DNA of 45,276 nt from Bacteroidales bacterium (GTDB lineage Bacteria > Bacteroidota > Bacteroidia > Bacteroidales > 4572-128). The translations under genes and the position numbers were made by a program. Shown here in pieces: positions 35,031 to 44,774 of the stretch. The notes under the pieces were generated by a model, which saw nothing but the letters and a program-made list of their open reading frames with translations, was not told the DNA's origin and made no database searches. The number at the start of each line of letters is the position of its first letter. Within the stretch, counting starts at the first letter, position 1. The stretch covers positions 1-45,276 of the forward strand of contig JAOZVH010000001.1 of assembly GCA_029938235.1 (NCBI GenBank). The letters are read 5' to 3'.

Positions 35031-35869
35031 AATTTTTTTATTTAAAATAAAAATATAATTTTTTCAAAAATAAAAAAAACATTTAAAAAAAAAAATTCCA
35101 TTAAATTCAAAAAATATATTATTTTTGCTTAAATATTTTGTATTTTTGAAAAAAAATTAAAATTTTATTTTCAAATTTAAAAATCAATTTTATAAAATTA
35201 GATTTAAATACATGTATTTTTTTCATAGACATAAGTTTAATATTAGGATAAAAAATAAAAATTAATGGTTGGCTTAATAATTATTGGGCAAGTAAATTAA
35301 CTTATTTTAATAATTCTAAAGCGGTAAATTTTTTAATTTTAATTAAGTTTATGTTTTTAATATTTTTTTAGAAAATGAATTTTCGTAAAAAAATTACTTT
35401 GTTTCACGAAAATTTGAACGAAAAATTAAATGTAATGTTTCCATTTGCATATAAATCATTTTTTCACATAAAAAATGAAATTTTCACGATAAAAAAAGCA
35501 ATTATTTTGATACAAATTTTAATTATATAATTCAAGATTTTATTATTCCTTTTAATGATAAAATTGATTTTTCAAAATCAAAAAATTATGCTTTCGTTTT
35601 TATCCAAAGGTAGAAATTCAAAAATTGTCAGGTTCTTGGAACCTTTTATGAAATATAAATTTTTTTATTAAAAAAATAATTATTATAATTCATCGTCCAC
35701 GATGATTTCCTTGCATCGTATATAAAGCATTGAATTTAATGTTTTAATGACCATTCGAAATAAAGTTTTTGAAAAATATTTTGAAAAAAAGCGTAAATTT
35801 TTCACATTTTTTTTATGAAAAAAACTATCACCACAAAAAGGTTCTATAGCCATTTTTTTTTATTAATTA

Positions 35870-35915
35870 TAAAAAATCATTAAAATTTCATCGTTTTTTT
35901 GAAAAAATTTTTTTT
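35870..35915. repeat. Single unit of the intergenic AT repeat family abutting a gene 3' end
   Basis: AAAAAATCATTAAAATTTCATCGTTTTTTTGAAAAAATTTTTTTTTT ends at the stop codon (35916-35918) of the minus-strand gene. Confidence 0.7.
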
Positions 35916-38900
35916 TTAAATAATTTCTATAAAACCTTCTGGATTAATATTTCCTATTAATTTTGTTATAAAATAGTCGTCAAAAAATCTTTCACCATTT
36001 AATTTTGGATTTTCTGGATAAGATGCAATTACATTTTTTCCTTTTATCAAAATCATTCCATTTTCATTTTCTTTTAATTCTTTATAAAAATCATTCTTAT
36101 CAACTATTTTTATAAAATTACTTATCAAAGCTTTTCCAATTTTATTTTCTCTAAAAGAGTGTTGAGTTATTTTTGCTCCGGAAACATCTTTTCCTGTAAA
36201 ATTCATTGTTCCAATCGCCGCAAAAGTCGTACATTCCAAAATATCTAAACTATTTGTAATAAAAATTTTCAAATCTTTTTTTATAAAATTTTCTAAATTT
36301 TCATCTAATTTTCTTTTATCTATAACTATATGTTTTAAAAAAATCGTTTTTTCTTCTTTAATTTCAGAAAAATAATTTTCAATCATTTTTTTATTTGAAA
36401 TCAATAAACTAATTTTTTCTTTTTCAAGAAAATCTATAAATTTATTTTTTTCAAAAATATTTTTTTTCGTAAAAACGACATTTATTTTGAAAAATAAAGG
36501 AAACCAAATATCTATTAAATAATTATTTACATCATTATTTGAATTAAATAAAATATCTTTTTTTCCGAAAATAGCAATTTGTTTTAATGAAAGCAAAGAA
36601 GATAAAATATTTTCATTTGTAAATTCTATTTTTATTAAATTTTTCTTTTTTTCCTTCTTATAAATAACCGTTGAAATATCTGTTTTTTTATTTAAAAATA
36701 ATTTCTTTTTGGAAGAAATAAAAGCGTATTCAAAACTTTTATCTAAACCTTCTAGAAAAATTAATTCTCTTTTTTTATTAAGATTATAAAAACTTTCTTC
36801 TGTAAAAATATATTTTATTTTATTCTCATCAAGAATAAATTCTAAATCTTCCTTAGAAAATTTTTCATTTAAAATGAAAACTTTTTTATCAAGAAAATGT
36901 AAAATCAAATTGCTTTCTATAAAATAAATTCCTTTTGGTAAATAAATTGCAATATTTTTTTCGTCAATTAATTTTTTTCTTAGAAAATGTGCAATTTTTT
37001 TTGATTTCCTAAATAAATGGTCAAAATAAATTTTCGTTTTATCTTCTTTAATAAAAGAAGTTTTATTTTTCATTTTATTTTTTATAATAAAAGAGATTAA
37101 ATTTTCATTTTCACCTATCCTATTTTCAAAAATATCAGCAGCCATTTCTAAAGTTTTTTGTCTAATTTGAAAAGCTGTAGAATTATTTTCCTGTGCTTTT
37201 CCAATTTTTACGCTTACTTTTCGCCTTAAATTTTTAAATTTAAAATTCTGTAATTTTTCAGTTCTTGTGATGAAAGTCAAAGGCGAACCAAAAGCATTAT
37301 CCATATAAAAAGGAATTATCGGAGAATTTGTTTCCTTTGCAATTCTTTCTAAACCTCTTTTATAACCAAGAGTATGTCCAGTTCTGGACATCATACTTTC
37401 AGCAAAAATTACAACAATATTTCCTTTTTTTATTTCATCTTGACAACTTTCATAAAAATACATTAAATTAGATTTCCTACCTTTTTCGTTCACTGGAACA
37501 AGAAGCAAATGTTTCAATAACCAATGTAAAGATTTATGAAAAAACATTTCTTTCATAATAATAAAACGAGGAATTCTTTGCATACTCGCAACTATCAAAA
37601 AAGCATCTAAAAAACCTATATGATTAGAAACCAGAAGCGCTCCATCTTTTAAAGGTATATTTTCTTTGCCATCAATTTTCAAATTAAAAATAAATTTTGT
37701 AACAAAATTCATCGCAAGACGAAGAGCCATTTGAAAAATATTTGGAAATTTTGCTATTAAAAAAATTGTAATTCCAAAAGAAATAAAAGAAATAAAAGCA
37801 AAAACCCAATAAGTATTTAAAGTTTTTTCTATAATAAAAAAAGCTCCAGCTGACAATAAAATAAAAGTAAAAACTAATAAATTATTATAAGCAATTATTT
37901 GTCCGAGCAATCTTCCTTTAACTTTTTCTTGTATATAAGTGTTCAAAGGAACTTTGAAAAAACCGCCCGATAAGGCAGAAAAAAATAAATATATTATAAA
38001 ATATGTCAAACTAAGTTCAAAAACTGAAATTAAAAATAAACTGATTCCCAGTCCAATTCCTCCGAAAATTACTAAACCAGTTTCTGCTTTTTTTCCAGAA
38101 ACGATGGCAGTTATCCAGCATCCAAGACCTATTCCAATTGCAATTATTGACATTAATAAACCTGTTTGTGTACTATTTAAGTCATAAATTTCCTCAGCAT
38201 GAACTATCAAATTCATTTGAATAATTGAACCAATAAACCAAAAAACCGCAAGCGAAAAAACAGAATAATTTACGCCTTTTATTTTTTTTGCATCTTTATA
38301 ACTTTGGAAAAAAAATGAAATCGGATTAATATTATCTTTTAAATTTTTTTCTAATTCTGGCTCATTAGCTTTTATCTTCAAACTGGCAAAATAACCAATA
38401 ATTGCAAGAAAAATTAAAATTATACTTAAAATTAAAAATCTGTTACTTTCAAGATCAGCAACTATTCCTGCAAAAAAAGTTCCTAAAAGTACCGAGAGGA
38501 AAGTTAGCATTTCCATATTTCCTGTACCATAAGATAGATTTTCTTCACCGCCAACATCTTTTATTAAACCATACTTTGAAGGAGAATAAATTGCTGATTG
38601 TAAACCCATTAGAAATAATGAAACCATCACAAAAACTATAGATTGAATATAAAAACCAATTACTGCAATTAACATAATTGGAATTTCTGCTAATTTTGCT
38701 ATTATAACTATTTTCCTTTTTGAAAAAATTTTTGCCCATTTCCCCGCTAAAGCAGAAAACAAAATAAATGGAACAACTAACATTCCAGAAGCCATAGAAA
38801 TTATTAATGCTTTTTCATCTTTCATCCAAAAAGCGGAAATAAAAACTATTAAATATTTTAAAAAATTATCATTTAAAACTCCAAAAAATTGAGTTGCAAA

Positions 38901-38933
38901 TAAAGGTATCCAATTTGTTTTTTTTACATTCAT
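35916..38933 (-). CDS. Fusion protein: LplT-like MFS transporter + PlsC-type acyltransferase + degenerate Aas-like adenylation domain
   Basis: In this 1005-aa ORF, ~400 aa form a 12-TM-like MFS region. The acyltransferase HX4D motif is NHIGFLD (nt 37605-37622). The C-terminal ~380 aa have an AMP-binding-like layout (NENILSSL, ILECTT) but lack the P-loop and the TGD motif. Confidence 0.7.
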   Translation of the reverse strand: MNVKKTNWIPLFATQFFGVLNDNFLKYLIVFISAFWMKDEKALIISMASGMLVVPFILFSALAGKWAKIFSKRKIVIIAKLAEIPIMLIAVIGFYIQSIVFVMVSLFLMGLQSAIYSPSKYGLIKDVGGEENLSYGTGNMEMLTFLSVLLGTFFAGIVADLESNRFLILSIILIFLAIIGYFASLKIKANEPELEKNLKDNINPISFFFQSYKDAKKIKGVNYSVFSLAVFWFIGSIIQMNLIVHAEEIYDLNSTQTGLLMSIIAIGIGLGCWITAIVSGKKAETGLVIFGGIGLGISLFLISVFELSLTYFIIYLFFSALSGGFFKVPLNTYIQEKVKGRLLGQIIAYNNLLVFTFILLSAGAFFIIEKTLNTYWVFAFISFISFGITIFLIAKFPNIFQMALRLAMNFVTKFIFNLKIDGKENIPLKDGALLVSNHIGFLDAFLIVASMQRIPRFIIMKEMFFHKSLHWLLKHLLLVPVNEKGRKSNLMYFYESCQDEIKKGNIVVIFAESMMSRTGHTLGYKRGLERIAKETNSPIIPFYMDNAFGSPLTFITRTEKLQNFKFKNLRRKVSVKIGKAQENNSTAFQIRQKTLEMAADIFENRIGENENLISFIIKNKMKNKTSFIKEDKTKIYFDHLFRKSKKIAHFLRKKLIDEKNIAIYLPKGIYFIESNLILHFLDKKVFILNEKFSKEDLEFILDENKIKYIFTEESFYNLNKKRELIFLEGLDKSFEYAFISSKKKLFLNKKTDISTVIYKKEKKKNLIKIEFTNENILSSLLSLKQIAIFGKKDILFNSNNDVNNYLIDIWFPLFFKINVVFTKKNIFEKNKFIDFLEKEKISLLISNKKMIENYFSEIKEEKTIFLKHIVIDKRKLDENLENFIKKDLKIFITNSLDILECTTFAAIGTMNFTGKDVSGAKITQHSFRENKIGKALISNFIKIVDKNDFYKELKENENGMILIKGKNVIASYPENPKLNGERFFDDYFITKLIGNINPEGFIEII

Positions 38934-39100
38934 AAAATTTATGATAAAAAAATTTTTTCAAAAAATACATTTTTTTTATTAAAAAAAATTTTTTTTGAAA
39001 AAAATGAAAATAATTTATATTTTTTTTTTTAAATTTTATAAAAATGTTTTTTAAAAAATATTTTTATTTTTGTATAAAAAAATATTTTAAATTTTGAAAA

Positions 39101-40942
39101 ATGACTAAAATAAAATCGTTTGTTTATTATTTGTTTTTTCTATCTATAATTACATTTCTTGGTATTAGTTGTGGTGGGGTAAAAGATATGGAGGAAAAAG
39201 CTTCTAATATTCAATATAAAGTAAATCCAAATCCTTTGGAACTTCATAAAGGTAAAGTTGCTATAAATGTAACGGTAGAAATTCCCGGAGGATATATGAA
39301 TGTAGATGCAATAGTAGAGGCTCGACTTATCATGACTGGTTTAAATGAGTTTAAACATAAGTTTGAAAAAATTACTGTGCAAGGCGAAAATATTCAAGAC
39401 GATTATGATGTAATTAGTTTTGAAAACGGAGGCACTATTAATTTTTCCGAAAAAATTGATTATAATGATGATATGAAAGTTTCTGAATTATATGCTGTTA
39501 TTGATGTAATTTATAAAGGTAAAACTTTAGCACTTCCTGTTAAAAAATTAGCTGACGGAGTAATTACTACTTCTGAGTTTATGAATGCAGGTTCTATGTT
39601 TGATTATTCTATCTTCGCAAAAAAAGAAGGTTCTGAAAGTTCTTCTAATAAAGCGATGAAAAAAGCACGTTTAAAAAACAAGCAATTAATGGCAAAAACT
39701 ATTAATGCCAAAGTAAAAGTTAAAAAAACTGTCATTGAGAAAGTCTCTGCATATATTTATTATGAAAAAAATAGGTATAAAATTAGAAATTCTGAATTAA
39801 AAAAGGAAGATATTAAAAATTTAGAAGAAAAAATAAGAACAATTTATGATATTGAAAATAGAAAAATTGTTAATGTTAATATTAATTCTTCCACGTCTCC
39901 CGAAGGTGGTGAGCGTTTAAATGAAAACTTAGTTAATAATAGAGGCGATGCTGGAAAAAATTTTCTAAGTAAAATTTTTAAAAGTGTAGAAATTGATGAT
40001 GAAATAAACGGTTTTTATAATGAAATTAGAGACAGAAAAGGCTGGTCAGATACAGAATTTGTAGAACTTTTGAAAAGATCTGAAATGTCTGATAAGGATG
40101 CGATACTTGGAGTTTTGAAAATGTATAATGACCCAGAAGTAATAAATAAAGAAATTGACAATATTGTTCACATTTATAAAGACGAGTTAGAAGAAATGGT
40201 ATTACCAAAATTAAGAAAATCTCTTTATGAAATAGTTATTGAAACAGGTGGAATGTCAGACGAAAGAATTTCTGAATTATCCATTTCAAATGCTAATGCT
40301 TTGAATAAAAAGCAATTAATTTATGCAGCGACTTTGACTTCTGATTTATCGGAAAAAAAGAAAATTTATAAAATTTGTATTAAAATTTATTCTGATGATT
40401 GGCAAGCATATAATAATTTAGGAAATATCTATTTATTAGAAGATGATCTAAATAAAGCAGAAGAAATGTATAATAAGGCAAGAGAAAAAAATTCTAATGA
40501 GCCAATTATTGCGAATAATTTAGGGGTTATTGCTTTGATGAAAAATAATCTTGAAATGGCAGAAGAAGAATTTAAAAAAGCCTCTGGTTCCGGAGAAAAT
40601 TCAAATTATAATCTCGGATTAATTAATTTGAAAAAAGGAAATTATGCTGCAGCAAGCCGTTATTTTGGTACTACTCCATCTTTTAATGCCGCCTTATCTA
40701 AATTACTAATTGGAAATCCAAATACTGCTCTAACAATTCTAAATAAATTAGACGGAAAAAATGTTGGGATTTTTTATTATCTAAAAGCAATTTTAGCGGC
40801 CAGAACAAAAGATACTGATTCTATGTTTAAAAATTTAAGAATGGCAATAGATAAAGATCCATTATTAGGGAAATATGCTAAGAATGACATAGAATTTGGT
40901 ACGTTTTTCGAAGATGATACTTTCAAAACCATAGTAAAATAG
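39101..40942 (+). CDS. Lipoprotein with C-terminal TPR repeats
   Basis: 613-aa ORF with a lipobox (FLGISCGG). C-terminal TPR units are visible (AYNNLGNIYLLEDDLNKAEEMYNKAREKN and IANNLGVIALMKNNLEMAEEEFKKA). Confidence 0.65.
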   Translation: MTKIKSFVYYLFFLSIITFLGISCGGVKDMEEKASNIQYKVNPNPLELHKGKVAINVTVEIPGGYMNVDAIVEARLIMTGLNEFKHKFEKITVQGENIQDDYDVISFENGGTINFSEKIDYNDDMKVSELYAVIDVIYKGKTLALPVKKLADGVITTSEFMNAGSMFDYSIFAKKEGSESSSNKAMKKARLKNKQLMAKTINAKVKVKKTVIEKVSAYIYYEKNRYKIRNSELKKEDIKNLEEKIRTIYDIENRKIVNVNINSSTSPEGGERLNENLVNNRGDAGKNFLSKIFKSVEIDDEINGFYNEIRDRKGWSDTEFVELLKRSEMSDKDAILGVLKMYNDPEVINKEIDNIVHIYKDELEEMVLPKLRKSLYEIVIETGGMSDERISELSISNANALNKKQLIYAATLTSDLSEKKKIYKICIKIYSDDWQAYNNLGNIYLLEDDLNKAEEMYNKAREKNSNEPIIANNLGVIALMKNNLEMAEEEFKKASGSGENSNYNLGLINLKKGNYAAASRYFGTTPSFNAALSKLLIGNPNTALTILNKLDGKNVGIFYYLKAILAARTKDTDSMFKNLRMAIDKDPLLGKYAKNDIEFGTFFEDDTFKTIVK

Positions 40943-41029
40943 ATTTTAATAAAATAAAAAAATTTTTTATAAAAAATTTTTTTATTAAAAAATATTACTT
41001 TTGAAAAAAATTATAAAAATATAAAAATA

Positions 41030-42814
41030 ATGAAGAGTTTTTTTAAATATACTTTGGCAACCATACTTGGAGTAATTATTTCCTCGTTTTTTGTCATTAT
41101 TATTTTCGTGGCAACAATTGCTGCTTTTGTTTCTACATCTGTCAATGAAATTCAAGATGCAAAACCTCTGGAGTTAGAATCTCATACCATATTGGAAATC
41201 AAATTAAATCAACCTATTATGGATAGAGCTTCAAACAATCCTATGGATAATTTTAATTTTCAATCTTTTGAAACAAATAAAAAATTAGACCTTAGTAATA
41301 TTTTAGAAAATTTGAAAAAAGCAAAAGATGATGAAAATATAGATGGAATTTATTTGAATTTATCTTCTATTTCTACTGGAATTGCAAGTTTAGAAGAAAT
41401 AAGAAATGCTTTAATTGATTTTAAAAAATCTGATAAATTTATTATCTCTTATGCTGATTATTACACACAAGGAACTTATTATCTTGCAAGTATTGCTAAT
41501 AAAATATTTCTGAACCCACAAGGAGGCTTAGATTTTAGAGGACTTAGTGCAGAAATAATGTTTTATAAAAGTGCTCTTGAAAAAGTTGGTATTGAAGCAC
41601 AAATTATTCGCCATGGGAAATTTAAAAGTGCTGTTGAGCCGTTTATGTTAGATAAAATGAGTGAATCAAACCGTAAACAAACCTCTGTATTTTTAAAATC
41701 TATCTGGGATAGAATGGTAAAAGGAATTTCTGAGGAAAGAAAAATTAGTGTTATAGACTTAAATTCTTACGCAGATAAAATGTCATTAAAAAATGCTCAG
41801 GCTTCTGTTGATTTAAAAATGGTTGATGCTTTAAAATTCAAAGATGAAATTATTTCTGAACTAAAAAGATTAAGTGAGAAAAAAGAAAACGAAGATTTAG
41901 AATTTGTTAGTTTAAGTTCTTATACTGCTGTTCCTAAAAAGAAATCTGGCGATGGACTAATAAAAGAAAAAATTGCTGTAATTTTTGCTCAGGGCGAAAT
42001 TCAAATGGGACAAGGTAGTGAAGGTGTTATTGGTTCTGAAAGAATTTCAAAAGCAATTCGTGAGGCACGTTTGGACAGTAGTATAAAAGCTATTGTTTTA
42101 CGTGTAAATTCTCCCGGCGGAAGTGCTTTGGCTTCGGAAATTATTTTAAGAGAAGTAATTTTGGCAAAGGAAGTTAAACCAGTAATTGCGTCTATGGGGA
42201 ATTATGCTGCTTCTGGTGGTTATTATATTGCTTGTGCTGCTGATACTATAGTTGCAAGTCCAACAACTATTACTGGTTCTATAGGGGTTTTCGGTTTAAT
42301 GTTTCAAGGAAAGAAATTTTTGAATGATATTGGAATTACTGTTGATAATGTAAAAACAAATGAGCATTCAGATATAGGTTCTATGTTTCGTCCGATGAGT
42401 GATTCTGAGCGAGCAGTAATACAAGAAAGTGTAGAGGAAATTTATGATGTTTTTATTTCTCATGTTGCTAAGGGTAGAGCTATGGAAAAAAATGCTGTAG
42501 ATAGTATTGGACAAGGTAGAGTTTGGACAGGTGCAAATGCAAGAGACATTGGTTTAGTAGATGTTTTAGGTGGTCTTGATGTGGCTATAAATATAGCACA
42601 AGAAAAAGCAAAACTAAAAAAATATAGAGTTATTTCTTTACCAAAACAAAAAAGTCCATTTGAAAACATATTTTCAGATTTTTCAACAAAATTGCAAAAT
42701 GAAATTATGGAATATAATCTTGGCGAAAATTATAAATATTATAATCGTTTGCAAAAAATAAAAACTATGAAAGGTGCTCAGGCGCGTATGCCTTATCATA
42801 TGGATATTTATTAA
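41030..42814 (+). CDS. sppA: Signal peptide peptidase SppA, 67K type
   Basis: 594-aa ORF with an N-terminal TM and a two-lobed S49 architecture. Motifs include VLRVNSPGGSALASE, GNYAASGGYYIA and GSIGV. Confidence 0.9.
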   Translation: MKSFFKYTLATILGVIISSFFVIIIFVATIAAFVSTSVNEIQDAKPLELESHTILEIKLNQPIMDRASNNPMDNFNFQSFETNKKLDLSNILENLKKAKDDENIDGIYLNLSSISTGIASLEEIRNALIDFKKSDKFIISYADYYTQGTYYLASIANKIFLNPQGGLDFRGLSAEIMFYKSALEKVGIEAQIIRHGKFKSAVEPFMLDKMSESNRKQTSVFLKSIWDRMVKGISEERKISVIDLNSYADKMSLKNAQASVDLKMVDALKFKDEIISELKRLSEKKENEDLEFVSLSSYTAVPKKKSGDGLIKEKIAVIFAQGEIQMGQGSEGVIGSERISKAIREARLDSSIKAIVLRVNSPGGSALASEIILREVILAKEVKPVIASMGNYAASGGYYIACAADTIVASPTTITGSIGVFGLMFQGKKFLNDIGITVDNVKTNEHSDIGSMFRPMSDSERAVIQESVEEIYDVFISHVAKGRAMEKNAVDSIGQGRVWTGANARDIGLVDVLGGLDVAINIAQEKAKLKKYRVISLPKQKSPFENIFSDFSTKLQNEIMEYNLGENYKYYNRLQKIKTMKGAQARMPYHMDIY

Positions 42815-42829
42815 AATAAAATAAAAAAG

Positions 42830-43960
42830 GTGAGTTATAAAATATTCACCTTAAAAAAAAAAATTGTGAGAAAAAAGAAAATTTGGTATTTATATCCATT
42901 ATCATTAATTTATGGTTTAATTACAATTATAAGAAATCTTTTATTTGATTTAAAAATTTTACAAAGTAAAACTTTTGAAATACCAATTATTTGTATAGGA
43001 AATATAACTGTTGGAGGAACAGGAAAAACTCCACACACAGAATTTCTAGTAGATTTTTTGCAAGAAGAGTTTAAAATTGCTGTTTTAAGTCGTGGTTACA
43101 AAAGAAAAACATCTGGATTTAAACTGGCAAATGAAAATTCTAAAGTAAATGAAATTGGAGATGAGCCTAAACAAATTTTGAATAAGTTTCCAAAAATTAA
43201 AGTTGCGGTGGATAAAAATAGAATAAGAGGGATAAAAGAACTATTAAAATCTGATAAAGAATTGAAATTAATTTTATTAGATGATGGTTTTCAACACCGT
43301 TATGTAAAAGCTGGTTTAAATATTTTATTAATTGATTATAACAGACTAATTTATGAAGATAATTTTTTACCTTATGGAGAACTCAGAGAAAGTGCAGAAG
43401 AAAGAAAAAGAGCAGAAATAATAATTATTTCAAAAACTCCAAATAATATAAAACCAATAGAACAAAGAATAATCTCTAAAGATTTAAAGTTAAAACCTTA
43501 TCAAGATTTATTCTTTACTTATTTTGAGTATCAAAAAATTGTTCATGTTTTTAATAAAAAAGAAGCAGATTTTAAATTCAAAGAATTAAATATTTTTTTA
43601 ATTACTGGAATAGCAGATAACTTTCAAATAATTAATTATTTACAAAAAAATAATAATATTATAGAACATTTTACATTTGAAGATCATTATTCTTATAAAA
43701 ATAATGATATTGATAAAATTATTTCTAATTATAATGAATTAAAGGAAAATAATGAAAATGGAAAAACAATAATTATAACTACAGAAAAAGATGCAACACG
43801 CTTACAAGATATGGAATATGCAGAAAAATTATCAAAATTGCCAATTTATTATTTACCGATTAATATTAAATTTATAAATAATGATAGGAAAACTTTTAAT
43901 AAAAGAGTTTTCAATTATTTAAGAAAAGTATATAAAGATAAATCATTTTTTAGGCTGTAA
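42830..43960 (+). CDS. lpxK: Tetraacyldisaccharide 4'-kinase
   Basis: The P-loop is GNITVGGTGKTP, followed by LSRGYKRK and DDGFQH. The ORF begins with GTG in the ORF track, so the exact start is uncertain. Confidence 0.88.
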   Translation: MSYKIFTLKKKIVRKKKIWYLYPLSLIYGLITIIRNLLFDLKILQSKTFEIPIICIGNITVGGTGKTPHTEFLVDFLQEEFKIAVLSRGYKRKTSGFKLANENSKVNEIGDEPKQILNKFPKIKVAVDKNRIRGIKELLKSDKELKLILLDDGFQHRYVKAGLNILLIDYNRLIYEDNFLPYGELRESAEERKRAEIIIISKTPNNIKPIEQRIISKDLKLKPYQDLFFTYFEYQKIVHVFNKKEADFKFKELNIFLITGIADNFQIINYLQKNNNIIEHFTFEDHYSYKNNDIDKIISNYNELKENNENGKTIIITTEKDATRLQDMEYAEKLSKLPIYYLPINIKFINNDRKTFNKRVFNYLRKVYKDKSFFRL

Positions 43961-44761
43961 AATCGTTACATTTGGACTGTTTTTTCGTTTATTATTTGGT
44001 TTATTTAAAAAAATAGGATATTTACTTTTTTTCATTATCCAGGAAGCAACACTATCAGTCCACATTTTAGAACTTTCTTTTTTCGGATGTGCACCGTCTT
44101 TATATCTTTTAAAATTTGGATTATTTAATGATATATTTTTTGTGAAAAAAAATTGTGTATCATCTAAGTATTTTTGTATTAAATTATTAATTCCGGTGTC
44201 TTCTTTCCAGTTTGGAGGACCTATCCATACAAATTTTAAACTATCTTTTCCAAGTTGTTTTAAAATATTTTTCACATATTTATCTCGTTTTTTTTCAATA
44301 TTTCTTACAAATAATTCATTCGCACCAAGAACTAAAATAATATAATTTGCATTATATTTATTTATAAAATAGCTTAAAGTATCACAACTTCCAAACCATT
44401 TTGTTTGAGAACTGTACCATATTACAGTTTTTAAATAGTGATTATTTTCTTCGCAATAATCTTTCATTCTTAACATAAAACCTTCCAACATAGAATCTCC
44501 AATTAATAATATTCTTTTTGAAAGACTGTCTAATTCTATAGATTCTTTTTTTATTATGGAATCCTTTTTTACCATTAAAAAAAGAGAATCTATCTTCTTA
44601 TCATTTAAAAATGTAGAAGTAATAATCTCTTTAATTTCTGTTTTTTCTATTTCTACATTAAAAATTTTAATTGTTTTTTCATAAAAAGAATAAATTGTCA
44701 AAGTAGAAAAAACAAAAATCAGAAGAAATATTATTTTCCAGAGCGGAGTGTTTAAATTCAT
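43943..44761 (-). CDS. SGNH/GDSL-family hydrolase with an N-terminal membrane anchor
   Basis: Block I is LLIGDSMLEG, a Gly/Asn block (VLGANE) follows, and block V is DGAHP. The 3' end overlaps the lpxK 3' end by 18 nt. Confidence 0.75.
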   Translation of the reverse strand: MNLNTPLWKIIFLLIFVFSTLTIYSFYEKTIKIFNVEIEKTEIKEIITSTFLNDKKIDSLFLMVKKDSIIKKESIELDSLSKRILLIGDSMLEGFMLRMKDYCEENNHYLKTVIWYSSQTKWFGSCDTLSYFINKYNANYIILVLGANELFVRNIEKKRDKYVKNILKQLGKDSLKFVWIGPPNWKEDTGINNLIQKYLDDTQFFFTKNISLNNPNFKRYKDGAHPKKESSKMWTDSVASWIMKKSKYPIFLNKPNNKRKNSPNVTILQPKK

Positions 44762-44774
44762 AATTTTTATTAAT

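Noticed and set aside
35031-35915. tRNA, tmRNA, RNase P, SRP or rRNA gene in the long ORF-free gap (also considered for 45061..45276)
   Set aside because: No T-loop GTTCGAATC-type motif, no acceptor/CCA-type ends, no tmRNA tag frame and no conserved RNase P or SRP core strings could be recognised by eye. G+C is far too low for a typical structured housekeeping RNA. The region is left as an open question in the findings.
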